A DNA stretch of 64,000 bases from Heptranchias perlo (GCF_035084215.1 NC_090338.1:40114001-40178000), one strand, 5' to 3'; shown: positions 48,848 through 61,857, counted from the stretch's first letter. The notes: generated by a model from the sequence alone, not told the origin. Numbers and translations are program-made.

Positions 48848-49485
48848 CATATGAAAACGACAGACAGGAAAGAAACAGCTGGTCCGTTCACCCTGTCTCA
48901 TTAAATTTAGTATTATGATCCCCAGTGCCCTGTAAACTCCTGGAAGAGGCAAAAAAACAGATTAAAAAAAACCCTAGGCCAATTCAGGAAAAAAAGATCT
49001 GAGATTCCTCTCCAACCCCTGAAAATGACCAAAACGAGTTCCAGGAGACTACAGTAACCGTGAGTCACATCGCCCAATGTCCCACCTACCTTTTACATGC
49101 TGTGATACCAGTCACAGCCAGGAACTCATTCATCTTCCTTTTGAATGATTCCAGCGAATCTGCACTCACTATAAGTGCCGGCAACTTGTTTCACCTTCTG
49201 TGAACAGTAAAACCTCCTAACATCTAATCTAGTTGTATGCTTATGTAACTTCTGCGTATGTCCCCTGGTTCTATTTAATTCAACATGGACACAATCTAGT
49301 GTCTTCATTATTTGAAAAACCTCAATCAAATCTCCCCGAAGTTTATACTCTTCTAAAGTAAAAAGACGTGGCTATCGTAGTAACTAAAGGTTTTTGAGCT
49401 GGGCATCTATCTCATAGCCCTCCTGTGAATCTTTTCCAGGGCCTCTATATCATCCACCACATGAGGAGACCAAAACTGTGCCACA
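48848..49485 (-). mobile_element. Old CR1-like 3' fragment
   Basis: LIEVFQIMK..RTRGHT.KL..RLDVRRF, QFWSP. Confidence 0.75.
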
Positions 49486-49984
49486 GATTGCACTGCACAT
49501 ATATGCTATATAGTATTTACTAATTTCCTGAAAAAGTGTGATTTACTTTGCCAGTAGCAGAAAGATAGGGATTCATCTTTTAAATGTGGAATTCTGTGCT
49601 ATAAGAATCCCAACCTAACCTTTCGCAGAGTGATAGATGGATTTATGTGTAAGAGCCTGAGGAAGTGTTTGATGAGAGCCTACCTTTTACCAGTAGTTAG
49701 TGTTTAAGGAACAGTCTAAGATGCAATGTACTGAACCATGAAATCAATTTCTAATCATGAGTGAACCATAAGGCAAGAAATTGCCATTAAATACAAAAGG
49801 CTGTACAGGTTATGTGAAAATCAATCCTTCTATGTGCTAAACATGTGTTAGCTATAAAATGGGTAAGTATTTACAGATACTTTGAAGTGTATCCTTTTTT
49901 TGAAATAATCTGTTGCATTTTTTGTAGTCAAGGAATGAAGTTCATGCATTAAATGTAGAATTAAAAAAAGTACAAAATAGAATA

Positions 49985-50770
49985 TACAAAAGGGTTACAC
50001 TGTAGAATACGAAACGATAAGTACTGGGAACCCTATTGCAAATATTTTGTAATACCCTTAATGAAACTATGTAAGTAGAATTTCCAGGTTTGTGAATTAC
50101 ACCGATTTTAAAGTGATTTAGTTGAGAGAGATCTGCAGTGGCTAATGAACTCAGCAGGTAGTATATAATATTGAGAAATAAGGTAATGCAAATTGATGCT
50201 AACAATATTAAATATGATTCATTGACAGGTATATTAAAGTAGAACGGGGAAAAGTAAATAGGTGACTGAAGGATTAATACAATGTGTAGTAACCATTGCC
50301 AAAGCAATTACAGTGTTAGTATATAAATAGGTCCATAGATGACCAAAGACACGATATTAACACTATAATGTACTGGTGAGACTCCGCATGGAATGTTGCG
50401 TCCAGTTTTGATATAGCCAAGATACTTTTAAAAAGATAAGAGGCAGTGAGCAAGAGTCCAAGAAGGGCAACACGGAATGCCCCAGTCTACGTTCGCATTA
50501 GAAAAAAATAACCTTAGGGGTAAGGTCCATTTTAAAAAAAATCATGAAGGGAAGTGATATAGTGAACTTGGAAAAATACTTAATAGAACCAAGAAGCAAT
50601 AATATAACTAAAGAAGCCACAAGCTAAATATAACTTCAGAAGTACAAATTTGGAATTATTAATTTATGGATAGACAGCGCAGTCCTTACTAATTCAAGTG
50701 AAGAATTAATAAAGAAAATGGCTTGATTCCTAAATCAAAAGGGAATGCTTAAATTTAAGGGGATAGTGAT
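49985..50770 (+). mobile_element. Very old CR1-like RT remnant
   Basis: Remnants resembling VLGTLL, YKTLVRLRMECCVQF and RVQRRAT. Confidence 0.5.
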
Positions 50771-51639
50771 GATCAAAGTTCTTTTCCAATTTTTTAATGT
50801 TTTAAACAAATTGATGAAGTGGGTTTGGAGAAGTATTTAGCAATCAGAGATGGTAGTGTAAACTAAAACAAAAAGGAAAAGAAGTTTGGAAGAAAGGCAA
50901 GAACTAGTTAAAAATAAGTTGTGAATCAAGGATTTAAATGAGACATCAAACTGGATAAGGTATATAACCTTTTTTGTACCTTATATTTTTCTAGCATATA
51001 TTTCATATATTTTCTAGCATGAAAAAAATCATTACCAGTTCTGTTAGTGAAACTCTTCCAAATGGACTCACCAATAATCTACTCAGGTGTATGTCTTTGC
51101 ATTGTGGATCATTAAAATAGAGGTTCTTATGACAACAATATTTGTGATCTTTATTAATAACCAGTGTCACTGGACAATTGTGGCTACAATTTTATTTTAG
51201 AATCAGTGAAAGTTATACATCTCTCGTCCCCAGCCCATGAAAATTGTCTCGCTCCATTCTCTGACTAACCCCTCATTGCTACTCCCAACTTTTATCTAAT
51301 AATTCTGCTGCTCCAGAGGATCACACTGTGCTCATTAATTCCTCATCTCACAAAACTATTGTAAGATTCTTGACCACAGCATGCTGCATAATTTGATCTC
51401 TTATGGCAATAGCAACTTGAGGTAGGAACCAGAGCAGTGGTGAGCAGCTAATCGGAGAAGACTGGCTTTGTGAAATGGGTAGGAGAAGGAGGAGGGAGAG
51501 TGGTGCAAACATAAACTGTAGGGGAGAGGAGAGAGGATGCCAGTCTGAAATGGAGGGAGGAGAGAAGAGTAATGATGTGAACTAGGGAACCTGGGGGAGA
51601 AGACTGTGGACATGAATTGGGAGGGGAAAGAGTGCCAAC

Positions 51640-53050
51640 GTGAAGTATCCAAGTTTGTTGATGATACAAAGCTAGTTGGGAGAGTAGGCTGTGAGGAGGA
51701 TGCAAAGAGGCTGCAAAGGGACATAGAGAGGTTAAGTGAGTGGGGAGAAGGTGGCAGATGGAGCATAATATGGGTAAATGTGAAATTATCCACTTTGGTA
51801 GGAAGAATAGAAAAGCAGAATATTTTTTAAAAGGTGAGAGACTAGAAAGTGTTGGTAGTCAGAAGGATTTGGGTGCCCTTGTATACGAATCACAGAAAGT
51901 TAACATGCAGGTACAGCAAGCAATTAGGATGGCAAACGGTATGTTACCCTTTATGCCGTTGTTACTTCCAGACTGTACTATTCCAATGGTCTCCTGGCTG
52001 GCCTCCCATCTTCCACCTTCCATAAACTTGAGCTCATCTAAAACTCTGCTGCCCGTTTCATTACTTGCACCAAGTCCCTTTCACCCATCATCCCTATGCT
52101 CGCTGACCTACATTGGCTCCCAGTCCAGGAACGCTTCGATTTTAAAATTCTCATCCTTGTTTTCAAATCCCTCCATGGCCTCGTCCCACCCTATCTCTAC
52201 CCTCCTTCAACCCTATAACCCTCATAAACCTCTCCGCTTCTCTACCTCTCCTCCTTTAAGACGTTCCTTAAAACCGACCTCTTTGGCCTAGCTAATACCT
52301 CCTTATGTAGCTCGATGTGAAATTTTGTTTGATAACGCTTCTGTGAAGCTCCTTGGGACATTTTATTATGTTAAAGACACTATATAAATGCAAGTTGTTG
52401 TTGTTGTTATTGCAAGGAGGTTGGAGTATAAGAGAAAAGAGGTCTTGCTGCAAATATATAGGGCTCTGGTGAGACCACCCCTGGAATAGTGTGTACAGTT
52501 TTGGTCTCCTTATCTAAAGAAGGATATACTTGTCTTAGAGGGAGTGCAACAAAGTTTCGCTAGATTGATTCCTGGGATGAGAGGGTTGTCCGATGAGAGG
52601 GTTGTCCTATGAGAAGAGATTGAGTAGAATGAGCCTATATTCTTTGGAGTTTAGAAGAATGAGAGGTGATCTCATTGAAACGTATAAAATTCTTAGAGGC
52701 TTGACAGGGTAGATGCTGAGAGGCTGTTTCCCCTGGCTGGAGAGCCTAGAACTAGAGGGCATAGTCTCAAGATAAGGGATCGGCCATTTAGGAACGAGAT
52801 GAGGAAAAAATTATTCACTGAGGGTTGTGAATCTTTGGAATTCTCTACCCCAGAGGGCTGTGGATGCTCAGTCGTTGAGTATATTCAAGACTGAGATCGA
52901 TAGATTTTTGGACACTGAGGGAATCAAGGGATATGGAGATAGGGCGAGAAAGTGGAGTTGAGGTGGAAGATCAGCCATGATCTTATTAAATGGTGGAGCA
53001 GGCTCGAGGGGCCAAATGGCCTACTCCTGCTCCTATTTCTTATGTTCTAA
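51640..53050 (+). mobile_element. CR1 3' portion with nested L2 fragment (~51955-52408)
   Basis: VSKFVDDTKL, with the CR1 resuming ATTGCAAGGAGGTTGGAGTATAAG after the L2 tail. The L2 segment has PMLADLHWLP..RFDFKILIL and a (TTG)n tail. Confidence 0.9.
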
Positions 53051-53684
53051 GTGAGGGTGAGATGGAAGAATGCCTACATGAACTGACGGAAAGTGGGGAG
53101 TAGAGTGACCAGGTAAACTGGGAAGGGAGGGGAATTAATAAAGATTTTTAAAACAATTTAACAATCAATAATAATTTAATATTAAATGATTTAGCAATAT
53201 TTCTACAAATTCTTCACAAGAAGTGAGAAGAAATCCTTGTAATTTTTGCCATTGACTTCTGCAATTTTCAGTGGCCTTGTTAATGATCAGAAGATCTTAA
53301 AACTATCCAATTTTTAATATTCTGATGTGTAAAATTTAGCTTCTAGTATTTTTATTTTTAATACATTACATCAAAATAGCAATTATGACTTGATAAAGAA
53401 AGCATTATCCTACTAACGTTATTCCATTATAATGCAATGATAACCTGCCCCACAGAATCAAAGCAATGCTAGAAATGGTTTTGGTAAAATTTGAAGCCCA
53501 TTGAAGTACCTAGGTTGTGTCAGATGTGCCTTAGAAGTGACTAGGATATCATTACTAATCTTAAAATACTTACTGCATATTACTGTAATCACAAATTTGA
53601 CTCTACCCTGCTTCTTCACCCTCATGTCCAACAATAAGTGCAAGGAGCGCATGTAAGGTGTGACTAAGGTTGAGCATCTGTTCA

Positions 53685-54030
53685 CTGCCTTTGCTGCTTC
53701 GCCACCTTCCCCTTACTCACCAAGCCCAACCTCTCCTCAGGCTGCCCTAATCCTGATACCGTGTCTTGCGTTTCTCTCCCATTTCCCCTCTTAGCTCATC
53801 TCATCCATGAGGCCCACCTACTGTTCCCTGGACCCCATTCCCACTAAAATGCTAATGACCCAACTTCCCTTCCTGGCCACCAAGCAACCTGAAATTGTAA
53901 ATGGTACTCTCCTCAGGTTCTGTCCTCCTCCCTTTCAAAACTGCATTCACCACCCTTCCTCAAAAAAGTGCACTTGATCCTTTTTGCCTTGCAAACTGCC
54001 ACCCGAACTCCAGTTTCCCTTTCCTACAAT
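53685..54030 (+). mobile_element. L2 RT fragment
   Basis: SSMRPTYCSLDPIPTKML..PFKTA..LKK remnants. Confidence 0.7.
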
Positions 54031-54643
54031 AATATTTTCTCCATTGAAAATGAGACCTATGGAAGCCTGTGCCTATCTGAGGCTACTGATCCCAAAGTTG
54101 TCACTCTTGTCAGCTGAAAAGACAACAGCAAGCATCTGTGTGTACTGTTCCGAGCATATTACATTCTAAGTGTACAAACTCCCAGTTCTGAAACTGTGAA
54201 GCCAGACAGATTATAGAAGTAATTGTGAGTTTGTTTTTCCTAAAAGCTTCAAAACAAACATAATATTTTGAGGTAAGTTTCAACAGGAAACTATTTTCCA
54301 GGCTTATTTTTACAGAGACAGATCGTAAAGTTAAAGAAACAGAAGTAGACAGTGTGAGTTAGTTTGAGTGAGAGACAAACATTGGGCCCGATATTACCAT
54401 GGCGGCGGGTTCGCGGTGGGGGGTAGATTGGGCGTGTGGGTAACGCGCCCGGTGAAATCAGTCTGCTCCGCATGCAATCGCAGGCTGATTGGATCCACTT
54501 ACCTGTTCTTCCGGGTTCCCCGCTGCTAAGCTGCGTGGCGGGCGGACTGCGCATGCGCAGTAAGGTCTGTCAGCTAGAGGAGCCCTATTTAAAGGGGCAG
54601 TCCTCCACAGACTGATGCTGCAAGAAATAGGAAAAATTACAAC

Positions 54644-54887
54644 ATGGAGCAGCCCGGGGGAAGGCTGCTCCCAGGTTAATGATGCCTCACTCCAGCTCTT
54701 ATTGGATGGGGTGAGGAGGAGGGGGAGGACAGAGATCTTCCCCCTGGTGGGTGGGAGGAAGCGGCCTGACTCTGCCACCAAGAATGTCTGGCACGAGGTG
54801 GCAGAGGAGGACACCTGCACCACCAACATATTGCCCACCTGCTTACAGTGCAGGTGGCGCTGCAATGACCTAAGTAGGTCAGCCAAA
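54644..54887 (+). pseudogene. Myb/SANT-like DNA-binding exon of Harbinger ORF1
   Basis: DASLQLLLDGVRRR..W.EVAEE..LQCRWRCNDL followed by GTGAGT donor, TATA-like TATTTAAA upstream, frameshifted start. Confidence 0.78.
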
Positions 54888-55413
54888 GTGAGTACACTTA
54901 CTCATTCCCCTACACTCCGTCTGCCACATCACCGCCCCCACCCCACATCTCCTTCTGCACAGCCAACACTACTCTGTCACATCACCCCTCACACCCACTC
55001 AAAGCTCATCCTCATCTTACCTGCACTTACTCACCTCACCAGTACTCATCCCGCCACTACCACTCAACCCAATCCTCATACAATCTCATGGCTCTATCTC
55101 ATACTCACTCTCTCATGCATCTCTTTCACAGTCAGCCTCACTCAACCTGCCACTAGCTGTGCTGCAGCCACAGGGCATGCATCACATATGTGCAGTAGGC
55201 AGCGTAAGGCAAACGTGTCATGAGCGTGAAGGGGATGCACAAGGGTGTTTGAGGGTTTGTCATGGTTTATACTTATATTTAATTTCTGATCAACTCACAT
55301 TACATATATTGGCACCACTACTGCCACGTCTTTGCGAATCTTGTCCGGTTTGTGCAATAATGCCCTTTCCTGAGGATCACAATGAAGACCCACAACTGAT
55401 GCCACCCATTGTG

Positions 55414-55890
55414 TCACTGCAGAGTGGGTGTAGGTGTATTTGCAGGGCTCTTTTTTGCAGACGACTGAGAGACGTCGGCGATGTCCCCGGTGGCACCCTG
55501 GAAGGATGCGGAGGAGAAGTTGTTGTGGGTAGTGGTGACTTTGACAGCGACAGGTAAGAAGATGGTGCTTGGGCCAGCCGGGAGTAGCTCGGCATGAAGG
55601 AGGCTGCAGATGTCCACGACTACATGTCGAGTGACTCTGAGCCTCCGTGTGCACTGCTGCTCAGAGAGGTCCAGGAAGCTGAGCCTCGGTCTGTGGACCC
55701 TGTGGCGAGGGTAGTGCCCCCTGCAACGCATCTCTCTCTGTGGTAGCCCTCCCTCCTGCTGTGCAGGTGGATGTGTCAGAGCACTCTGTTGTGGAGCTCC
55801 ACGTGTCAGAGGTGGACGGCGTGAACGGCGAGGCTGGTGATGCTGTTCGCCCTCCGAGGAGGTCATGACTGCAGCTACGGCGGCCCCCAT
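55414..55890 (-). pseudogene. Harbinger transposase N-terminal (HTH) fragment; DDE domain absent
   Basis: HRPRLSFLDLSEQQCTRRLRVTRHVVVDICSLL..LPVAVKVT..FQGATGDIADVSQSSA. Confidence 0.82.
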
Positions 55891-57018
55891 CCGGAAGATG
55901 TACATTTGAGGGGATTCGCAAGGTAGGTAAATGTGTCTGGACACTGGGGTAAGTGTGCAAGTTGGTGAATTTTGTTGTTAGGAGGAGGGTGGTGGAGGCC
56001 AAACTTTGTCCAAAGTGACAGAGTGGCCTCCTGCAATGAGTGAGGGTCTCCCCCCACCCCCCCAACCTGTCAAATGGACCTTTGCAGCTGCTACAGGCTG
56101 ATGGCGGCAACAAGTCCATTTGAACTGGGAGTGTTTCCCCCAGTACGGGAAACAATCTCAGTCAGTTGCAAAATCCCATCCCTGCTAAAATAACAGGTCA
56201 ATCAGGTCTGTAAACTACCTGAAGTACCTGTTTAAGTCTTTAAGTGGCAGCCCGCCGGCTTTAACTGCCGGCGGGAGTCCCACATGCGGGGACTGCGTGC
56301 GCATGTGAGCGTGTCAGTGGTGAACCCGGAAATGGGGCGGGTTGGAGCTGGGCTCCGGACCCGCCCCGGGAATCCCCGACTTTCGCAGCCCTCCCGCCAC
56401 GAACGCACCCGATCGCGGGTGCGAAAATCGAGCCCATTGTCTGAGTGAGAGAGGGACAGAGATACACAGTATGTGAGGAAGAGAAACGTAGAGAAGTGTG
56501 CAAGAGAGATAGAGAGTACCAGACATAATGAAAGAGAGAAGAAAAGGCATAAACACAGAGAAAGAGATAGTAAATGTGAAACATATAGAAGAAAGTAGAC
56601 ACAATCAAGGAGAGACTCACACAGGAGACAAGGAGATCAGATCAGAAACCTAATTTTAATTAGTTGTATGTTTTAAAATGCCTCTGTTTTGCCTTTCTTA
56701 GCCTGCCTTACATTGAAGTAGATTTGCAATTGGTTACTATAACAACTGGCCATAGAGTCAACAATCGCAGCTCAGAGGCAGTGTTTAAAGTGAACTTTTG
56801 ATTAAATTGCCAGTAAGTGGAGCCTATGCTGACTGTACAAGCTGCTGTCACAGTAACTAACTGGAAACTATCTTCACTCTTTGGGAGGCAGAACATCAAC
56901 AAGTTAAAACATATTACTGCCTCAAATTAAAGTTTCATGATATAATGCTCCTCTCATTATAAAACAATTGTAAACAATTTTACAACACCAAGTTGTAGTC
57001 CAGCAATTTTATTTTAAA

Positions 57019-57057
57019 TTCACAAGCTTTCGGAGGCTTCCCCCTTCGTCAGGTGAA
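57019..57057 (-). ncRNA. Minimal type I hammerhead ribozyme (mirror copy)
   Basis: Exact reverse complement of 57188-57226. Confidence 0.82.
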
Positions 57058-57187
57058 CGATGTGAAATGAAATCCTCGAAATGAAATCGCATTGGCAACG
57101 GGCAGTTGAAAAAACTGTCTGTACTCACCAAGCATTGTTCTGTGAATTATAAATGCGATTTCATTTCGAGGATTTCATTTCACATCG

Positions 57188-57226
57188 TTCACCTGACGAA
57201 GGGGGAAGCCTCCGAAAGCTTGTGAA
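57188..57226 (+). ncRNA. Minimal type I hammerhead ribozyme (PLE-type)
   Basis: Stem I TTCAC/GTGAA, core CTGACGA, stem II GGGGG-AAG-CCTCC, GAAA, palindromic stem III AAGCTT, cleavage triplet CUU. Confidence 0.82.
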
Positions 57227-57679
57227 TTTAAAATAAAATTGCTGGACTATAACTTGGTGTTGTAAAATTGTTTACAATTGTCAACCCCAGTCCATCACCG
57301 GCATCTCCACATCATTATAAAACAGTGTATTCTTGGAGCAAGCAATGCCACAGGAGACCATAGGATCATTGAAACATACAGCACTGAAGGAGGCCATTCA
57401 GCCCATCGTGTCAGTATCAACTCTTCGAAGAACTATCCAATTAGTACCACTCCCCTGCTCTTTCCCCATAGCCCTGCAAACCTGCTAGTTTATGTATTAC
57501 AGTTTTTGAGCTGCATCCATTATACCTTAGATTATATACTGTCATACATGAAAGGTTCTGTGTCATAATTTTTTAAAAAAGCCTAAAAGAAAGGAAAGGA
57601 AAACCAACCATTTCCAATGCATAGAGAAATCCCCCGCCAATAGAAAATATCTTCTAATTGACTTTTTAAAAATAATTAT

Positions 57680-58143
57680 TCATTCATGGGATGTGGGCTT
57701 CGCTGACAAGGCCAACATTTATTGCCCATCCCTAATTGTCCTTGAGATGGTGGTGGTGAGCCGCTTTCTTGAACCGCTGCAGTCCATGTGGTGAAGGTAT
57801 CCACACGGTGCTGTTAGGTAGGGAGTTCCAGGATTTTGACTCAGCGATGATGAAGGAACGGTGGATATGTTTCCAAGTCGGGATGGTGTGTGACTTGGAG
57901 GGGAACGTGCAGGTGGTGGTGTACCCATGCGCCTGCTGCCCTTGTCCTTTTAGGTGGTAGAGGTCGCGGGTTTGGGAGGGCTTGAAGAAGCCTTGGCGAG
58001 TTGCTGCAGTGCATCTTGTAGATGGTACACACTGCAGCCACGGTGTGCTGGTGGTGGAGGGAGTGAATGTTTAAGATGGTGGAGGGGGTGCCAATCAAGC
58101 AGGCTGCTTTGTCCTGGATGGTGTCGAGCTTCTTGAGTGTTGT
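57680..58143 (-). mobile_element. 3' fragment of the tRNA-headed LINE family
   Basis: Matches 21371-21820 (NIHSLHH..VAAVCTIYKMHC, 3' UTR). Confidence 0.92.
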
Positions 58144-59375
58144 ACCTATCTTTCCTGAGAGGTATAACCTCTCAGTTCTGACATCATCCTGCTAAATCTT
58201 TTTTGTACTTTCTCCAGTGCCTCTATATCCTTTTTATAATATGGAGACCAGAACTGTTCACAGTACTCCAAGTGTGGTCCAACTAAAGATTATACAATGG
58301 GCAGATGAGGCCCAGCAGTTAGAAGTGCCCGGGTCTAATGCTGCCAACATCGGGTGGATTTGGCGCTCGGTTTATGCCAAGAGTGTGCCGTTTGAGGTAC
58401 AGATTTTTGGTCCCTAAAACATTTTATGAGTAAGCTTTCCCCCAGTACACCCTAGAAATGCATTCACCAATGGTTAACAGCATTTAGAGGGAGTATGTAA
58501 AGTTCAAAATTTGCTGCCTACACCACTGCAGAGTGTATATTTATCCAGATGGTATTGGAAACTAGAATATTTTATTTGTATTGCCACTTATTACATTTTA
58601 AACACTCCCATGTCAGGTATGATACGGCCACAGCATCAATCTTAACATTAGAAGAACACAGTACCACAGCAGTGTGATTTGGGAGTCCTGCACATTCACA
58701 GAGTAACATAACTGAATGAATTGCTGCTTTGGGTACTATAGTGCTGAAATTCATATCTGTTGGGAGCAAGATTAGTAACACTGCCAGAACCTAGTCTCTT
58801 GTGATGCATAACAGCTTGCAGAGATAGAAGAACCTTATCTATCTGTCTAGGTTGGATGTGAATTGTAACAAACTCTGACACAAACTCTCACGCTGGAGTC
58901 TTAGAATGAAACTTGGCAGGTATAATTAAGTCACTGTTGTTTAAAAATAAAGGCTAATGATAAAGCACTAGCAACTGTTTTAAATGAATAATATCAGTGT
59001 CACTGATCAAAGCTGAGTTTTTTTTTGGTGCAACAAATAATAAAGGCATGTCCAAGTACAAAGAATCAAGCTCAGTGTAGGTGGGTAGGAATTCAATTTG
59101 ATCTTTCTTTCTACTTGTGAGGCTTACAACTATTTCATGCTTACACCGAAATGCAGCTTCCATAAGCAGGCCTGTGTCTTTTATGAACCAAAATTTAATC
59201 TTATGCATGTAGTAAGTGGGCTGTAGAATCATCAGGGCTACTTTTATTGCTGGATTATACCAGAAATATACAGGATATTACTCTAATTCTGATCACTCCG
59301 ATAGGCAAAAAGCACCATGCTAATAGAGCAAATATGCCAGACTAAACTACAAATTGTTTATTCCGAGACAATAGT

Positions 59376-61857
59376 TCATCTTGTAGATGGTACACACTGC
59401 AGCCATGGCGCGCCGGTAGTGGAGGGAGTGAATGTTTAAGGTGGTGGATGGGGTATCAATCAAGCGGGCTGCTTTGTCCTGGATGGTGTCGAGCTTCTTG
59501 AGTGTCGTTGGAACTGCACTCATCCCGGCAAGTGGAGAGTGTTCCATCACACCCCTGATTTGTGTCTTGTAGATGGCGGAAAGGCTTTGGAGAGTCAGGA
59601 GGTGAGTAACTTGCTGCAGACCTGCTCTTGTAGGCACAGTATTTATGTGGCTAGTCCAGATAAGTTTCTGGTAAATGGTAACCCCCAGGATGTTGATGGT
59701 GGGGAATTTGGTGATGGTAATGCCGTTGGCTGTCAAGGGGATGTGGTTGGACTCTCTCTTGTTGGAGATAGTCATTGCCTGGCACTTGTCTGGCAGTAAT
59801 GTTATTTGCCACTTATCAACCCAAGCCTGGATGTTGTCCAGGTCTTGCTGAATACGGGCAAGGACTGCTTCATTATCTGAGGGGTTGCGAATGGAACTGA
59901 ACACTGTGCAATCATCAGCGAGCATCTCCACTTCTGAACTAATGATGGAGGGAAGGTCATTGATGAAGCAGCTGAAGATGGTTGGGCCCAGGACACTGCC
60001 CTGAGGAACTCCTGCAACAATGTCCTGGGCTGAGATGATTGGCCTCCAGCAACTACTAACATCTCCCTTTGTGCTAGGTATGACTCCAGCCACTGGAGAG
60101 TTTCCCCCTGATTCTCATTGACTTCAATTTTACTAGGGCTCCTTGATGCTACACTCGGTCAAATGCTGCCTTGATGTCAAGGGCAGTCACTCTCACCTCA
60201 CCTCTGGAATTCAGCTCTTTTGTCCATGTTTGGACCAAGGCTGTAATGAGGTCTGGAGCTGAGTGGTCCTGGCAGAACCCAAACTGAGCATCGGTGAGCA
60301 GGCTATTGGTGAGTAAGTGCCGCTTGATAGCACTGTCAACGACACCTTCCATCACTTTGCTGATGATTGAGGTAGGCTGATGAGCAATAATTGGTCGGAT
60401 TGGATTTGTCCTTTTTGTGGACAGGACATACCTGGGCAATTTTCCACATTGTCGGGTAGATGCCAGTGTTGTAGCTGTACTGGAACAGCTTGGCTAGAGG
60501 CGAAGCTAGTTCTAGAGCACAAGTCTTCAGCACTACAGCCGGGATGTTGTCGAGGCCCGTTGCCTTTGTTGTATCCAGTGCCCTCAGCCGTTTCTTAATA
60601 TCACATGGAGGGAATCGAATTGGCTGAAGACCATTGGCTTCTGTAATGGTGGGGATCTCGGGAGGAGGCCGAGATGGATCATCCACTTGGCACCTCTGGC
60701 TGAAGATGGTTGCGAACGCTTCAGCCTTGTCTTTTGCATGAGAATACTGGGCTCTACCATCATTGAGGATTGTAAGGAATCTTACAACACCACGTTATAG
60801 TCCAACAGTTTTATTTGAAAATCACAAGCTTTCGGAGGCTTTCTCCTTCGTCAGGTGTGTGTGGGATTCCTTGAATGTTACCGTGTTTATAGTCAGAGAA
60901 CAATGCCTGGTGATTACAGATAATCTTTCCAACTGCCTGTTGTCAATGCAATAAAAGTGTTCAGACAGAGAGATGTTACCCACAGGACCACTGAATATAC
61001 AAACGGCCAGAACAAAAGACAGAGAGAGAGAGAGTCAGCAGAGGTGCTACCGAGCCACTCTTGGTGATGGACATTGAAGTCCCCCACCCAGATTATATTC
61101 TGTATCCTTGCTACCCTCAGTGCTTCCTCCAAGGGGTTCTCAACATGTAGGAGTACTGATTCATCAGCTGAGGGAGGGCAGTAGGTTGTAATCAGCAGGA
61201 GGCTTCTTTGCCCATGTTTGACCTGATGCCATGAGACTTCATGGGGTCGGGAGAAAATGTTGAGGACTCCCAGGGCCACTCCCTCCTGATTGTATATCAC
61301 TGTACCGCCACCTCTGGTGGGTCTGTCCTGCCGGTGGGACAGGACATACCCAGGGATGGTGATGGAGGAGTCTGGGACGTTGGTAGGTATGATTTTGAGT
61401 ATGGCTATGTCAGGCTGTTGCTTGCCTAGTTTGTGGGACAACTCTCCAATTTTGGCACAAGTGCCCAGAAGTTAGTGAGGAGGACTTTGCAGTGTCGACT
61501 GGGCTTGGTTTGCCCTTGCCTTTGCCTTTGCCTTTGTCGCGTCCGGTGCCTAGTGGTCTGATGCCGGGTGGTCCATCTGGTTTTATTTTTATTGTGACTT
61601 TCTGTGGCTGGATTGTACAACTGAGTGGCTTGCTCGGCCATTTCAGAGGGCAGTTAAGAATCAACCACATTGCTGTGGGTCTGGAGTCACATATAGGCCA
61701 GACTGGGTAAGTACGGCAGGTTTCCTTCCCTAAAGGACATTGGTGAACCAGATGGGTTTTTACGACAATCCGGTAGTTTCATGGTCACCATTAATGATAC
61801 TAGCTTTTTATTCCAGATTTTATTTAATTAACTGAAATTAAATTCCCCAGCTGCCGT
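59376..61857 (-). mobile_element. tRNA-headed LINE copy 3 (head truncated; Penelope insertion/deletion at 60771-61033)
   Basis: EN ORF 60914-61441, RT ORFs 60336-60686, 60149-60439 and 59347-60093, and 5' UTR 61620-61857 matching 2001-2258. Confidence 0.93.
60771..61033 (-). mobile_element. Penelope-like fragment with hammerhead (60823-60857)
   Basis: Reverse complement CAC-CTGACGA-A-GGAG AAAGC CTCC-GAAA-GCTT-GTG, followed by GGACTATAACGTGGTGTTGTAAG. Confidence 0.8.

Larger units (their letters stand above)
54384..56435. mobile_element. Non-autonomous PIF/Harbinger transposon with convergent Myb/SANT and transposase remnants
   Basis: TIRs GGGCCCGATATT / AAAATCGAGCCC, TSD ATT. Myb-like exon on plus, HARBI1-like N-terminus on minus. 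Confidence 0.92.
56964..57312. mobile_element. Penelope-like insertion: ~130-bp inverted arms (56964-57093 / 57152-57281) + 58-bp spacer
   Basis: Arms are reverse-complementary with one mismatch. Flanking duplication TCATTATAAAACA at 56954-56966 and 57312-57324. Confidence 0.9.

Noticed and set aside
56440-56640. Hydrophobic ORF 56261-56620
   Set aside because: Derived from (GA)-rich low-complexity sequence.
57278-57568. Recurrent MSTPVHHRHLHI peptides (also ORFs at 5740-5961 and 39511-39774)
   Set aside because: Spurious translation of the Penelope terminal sequence, followed by unrelated flanks in each case.
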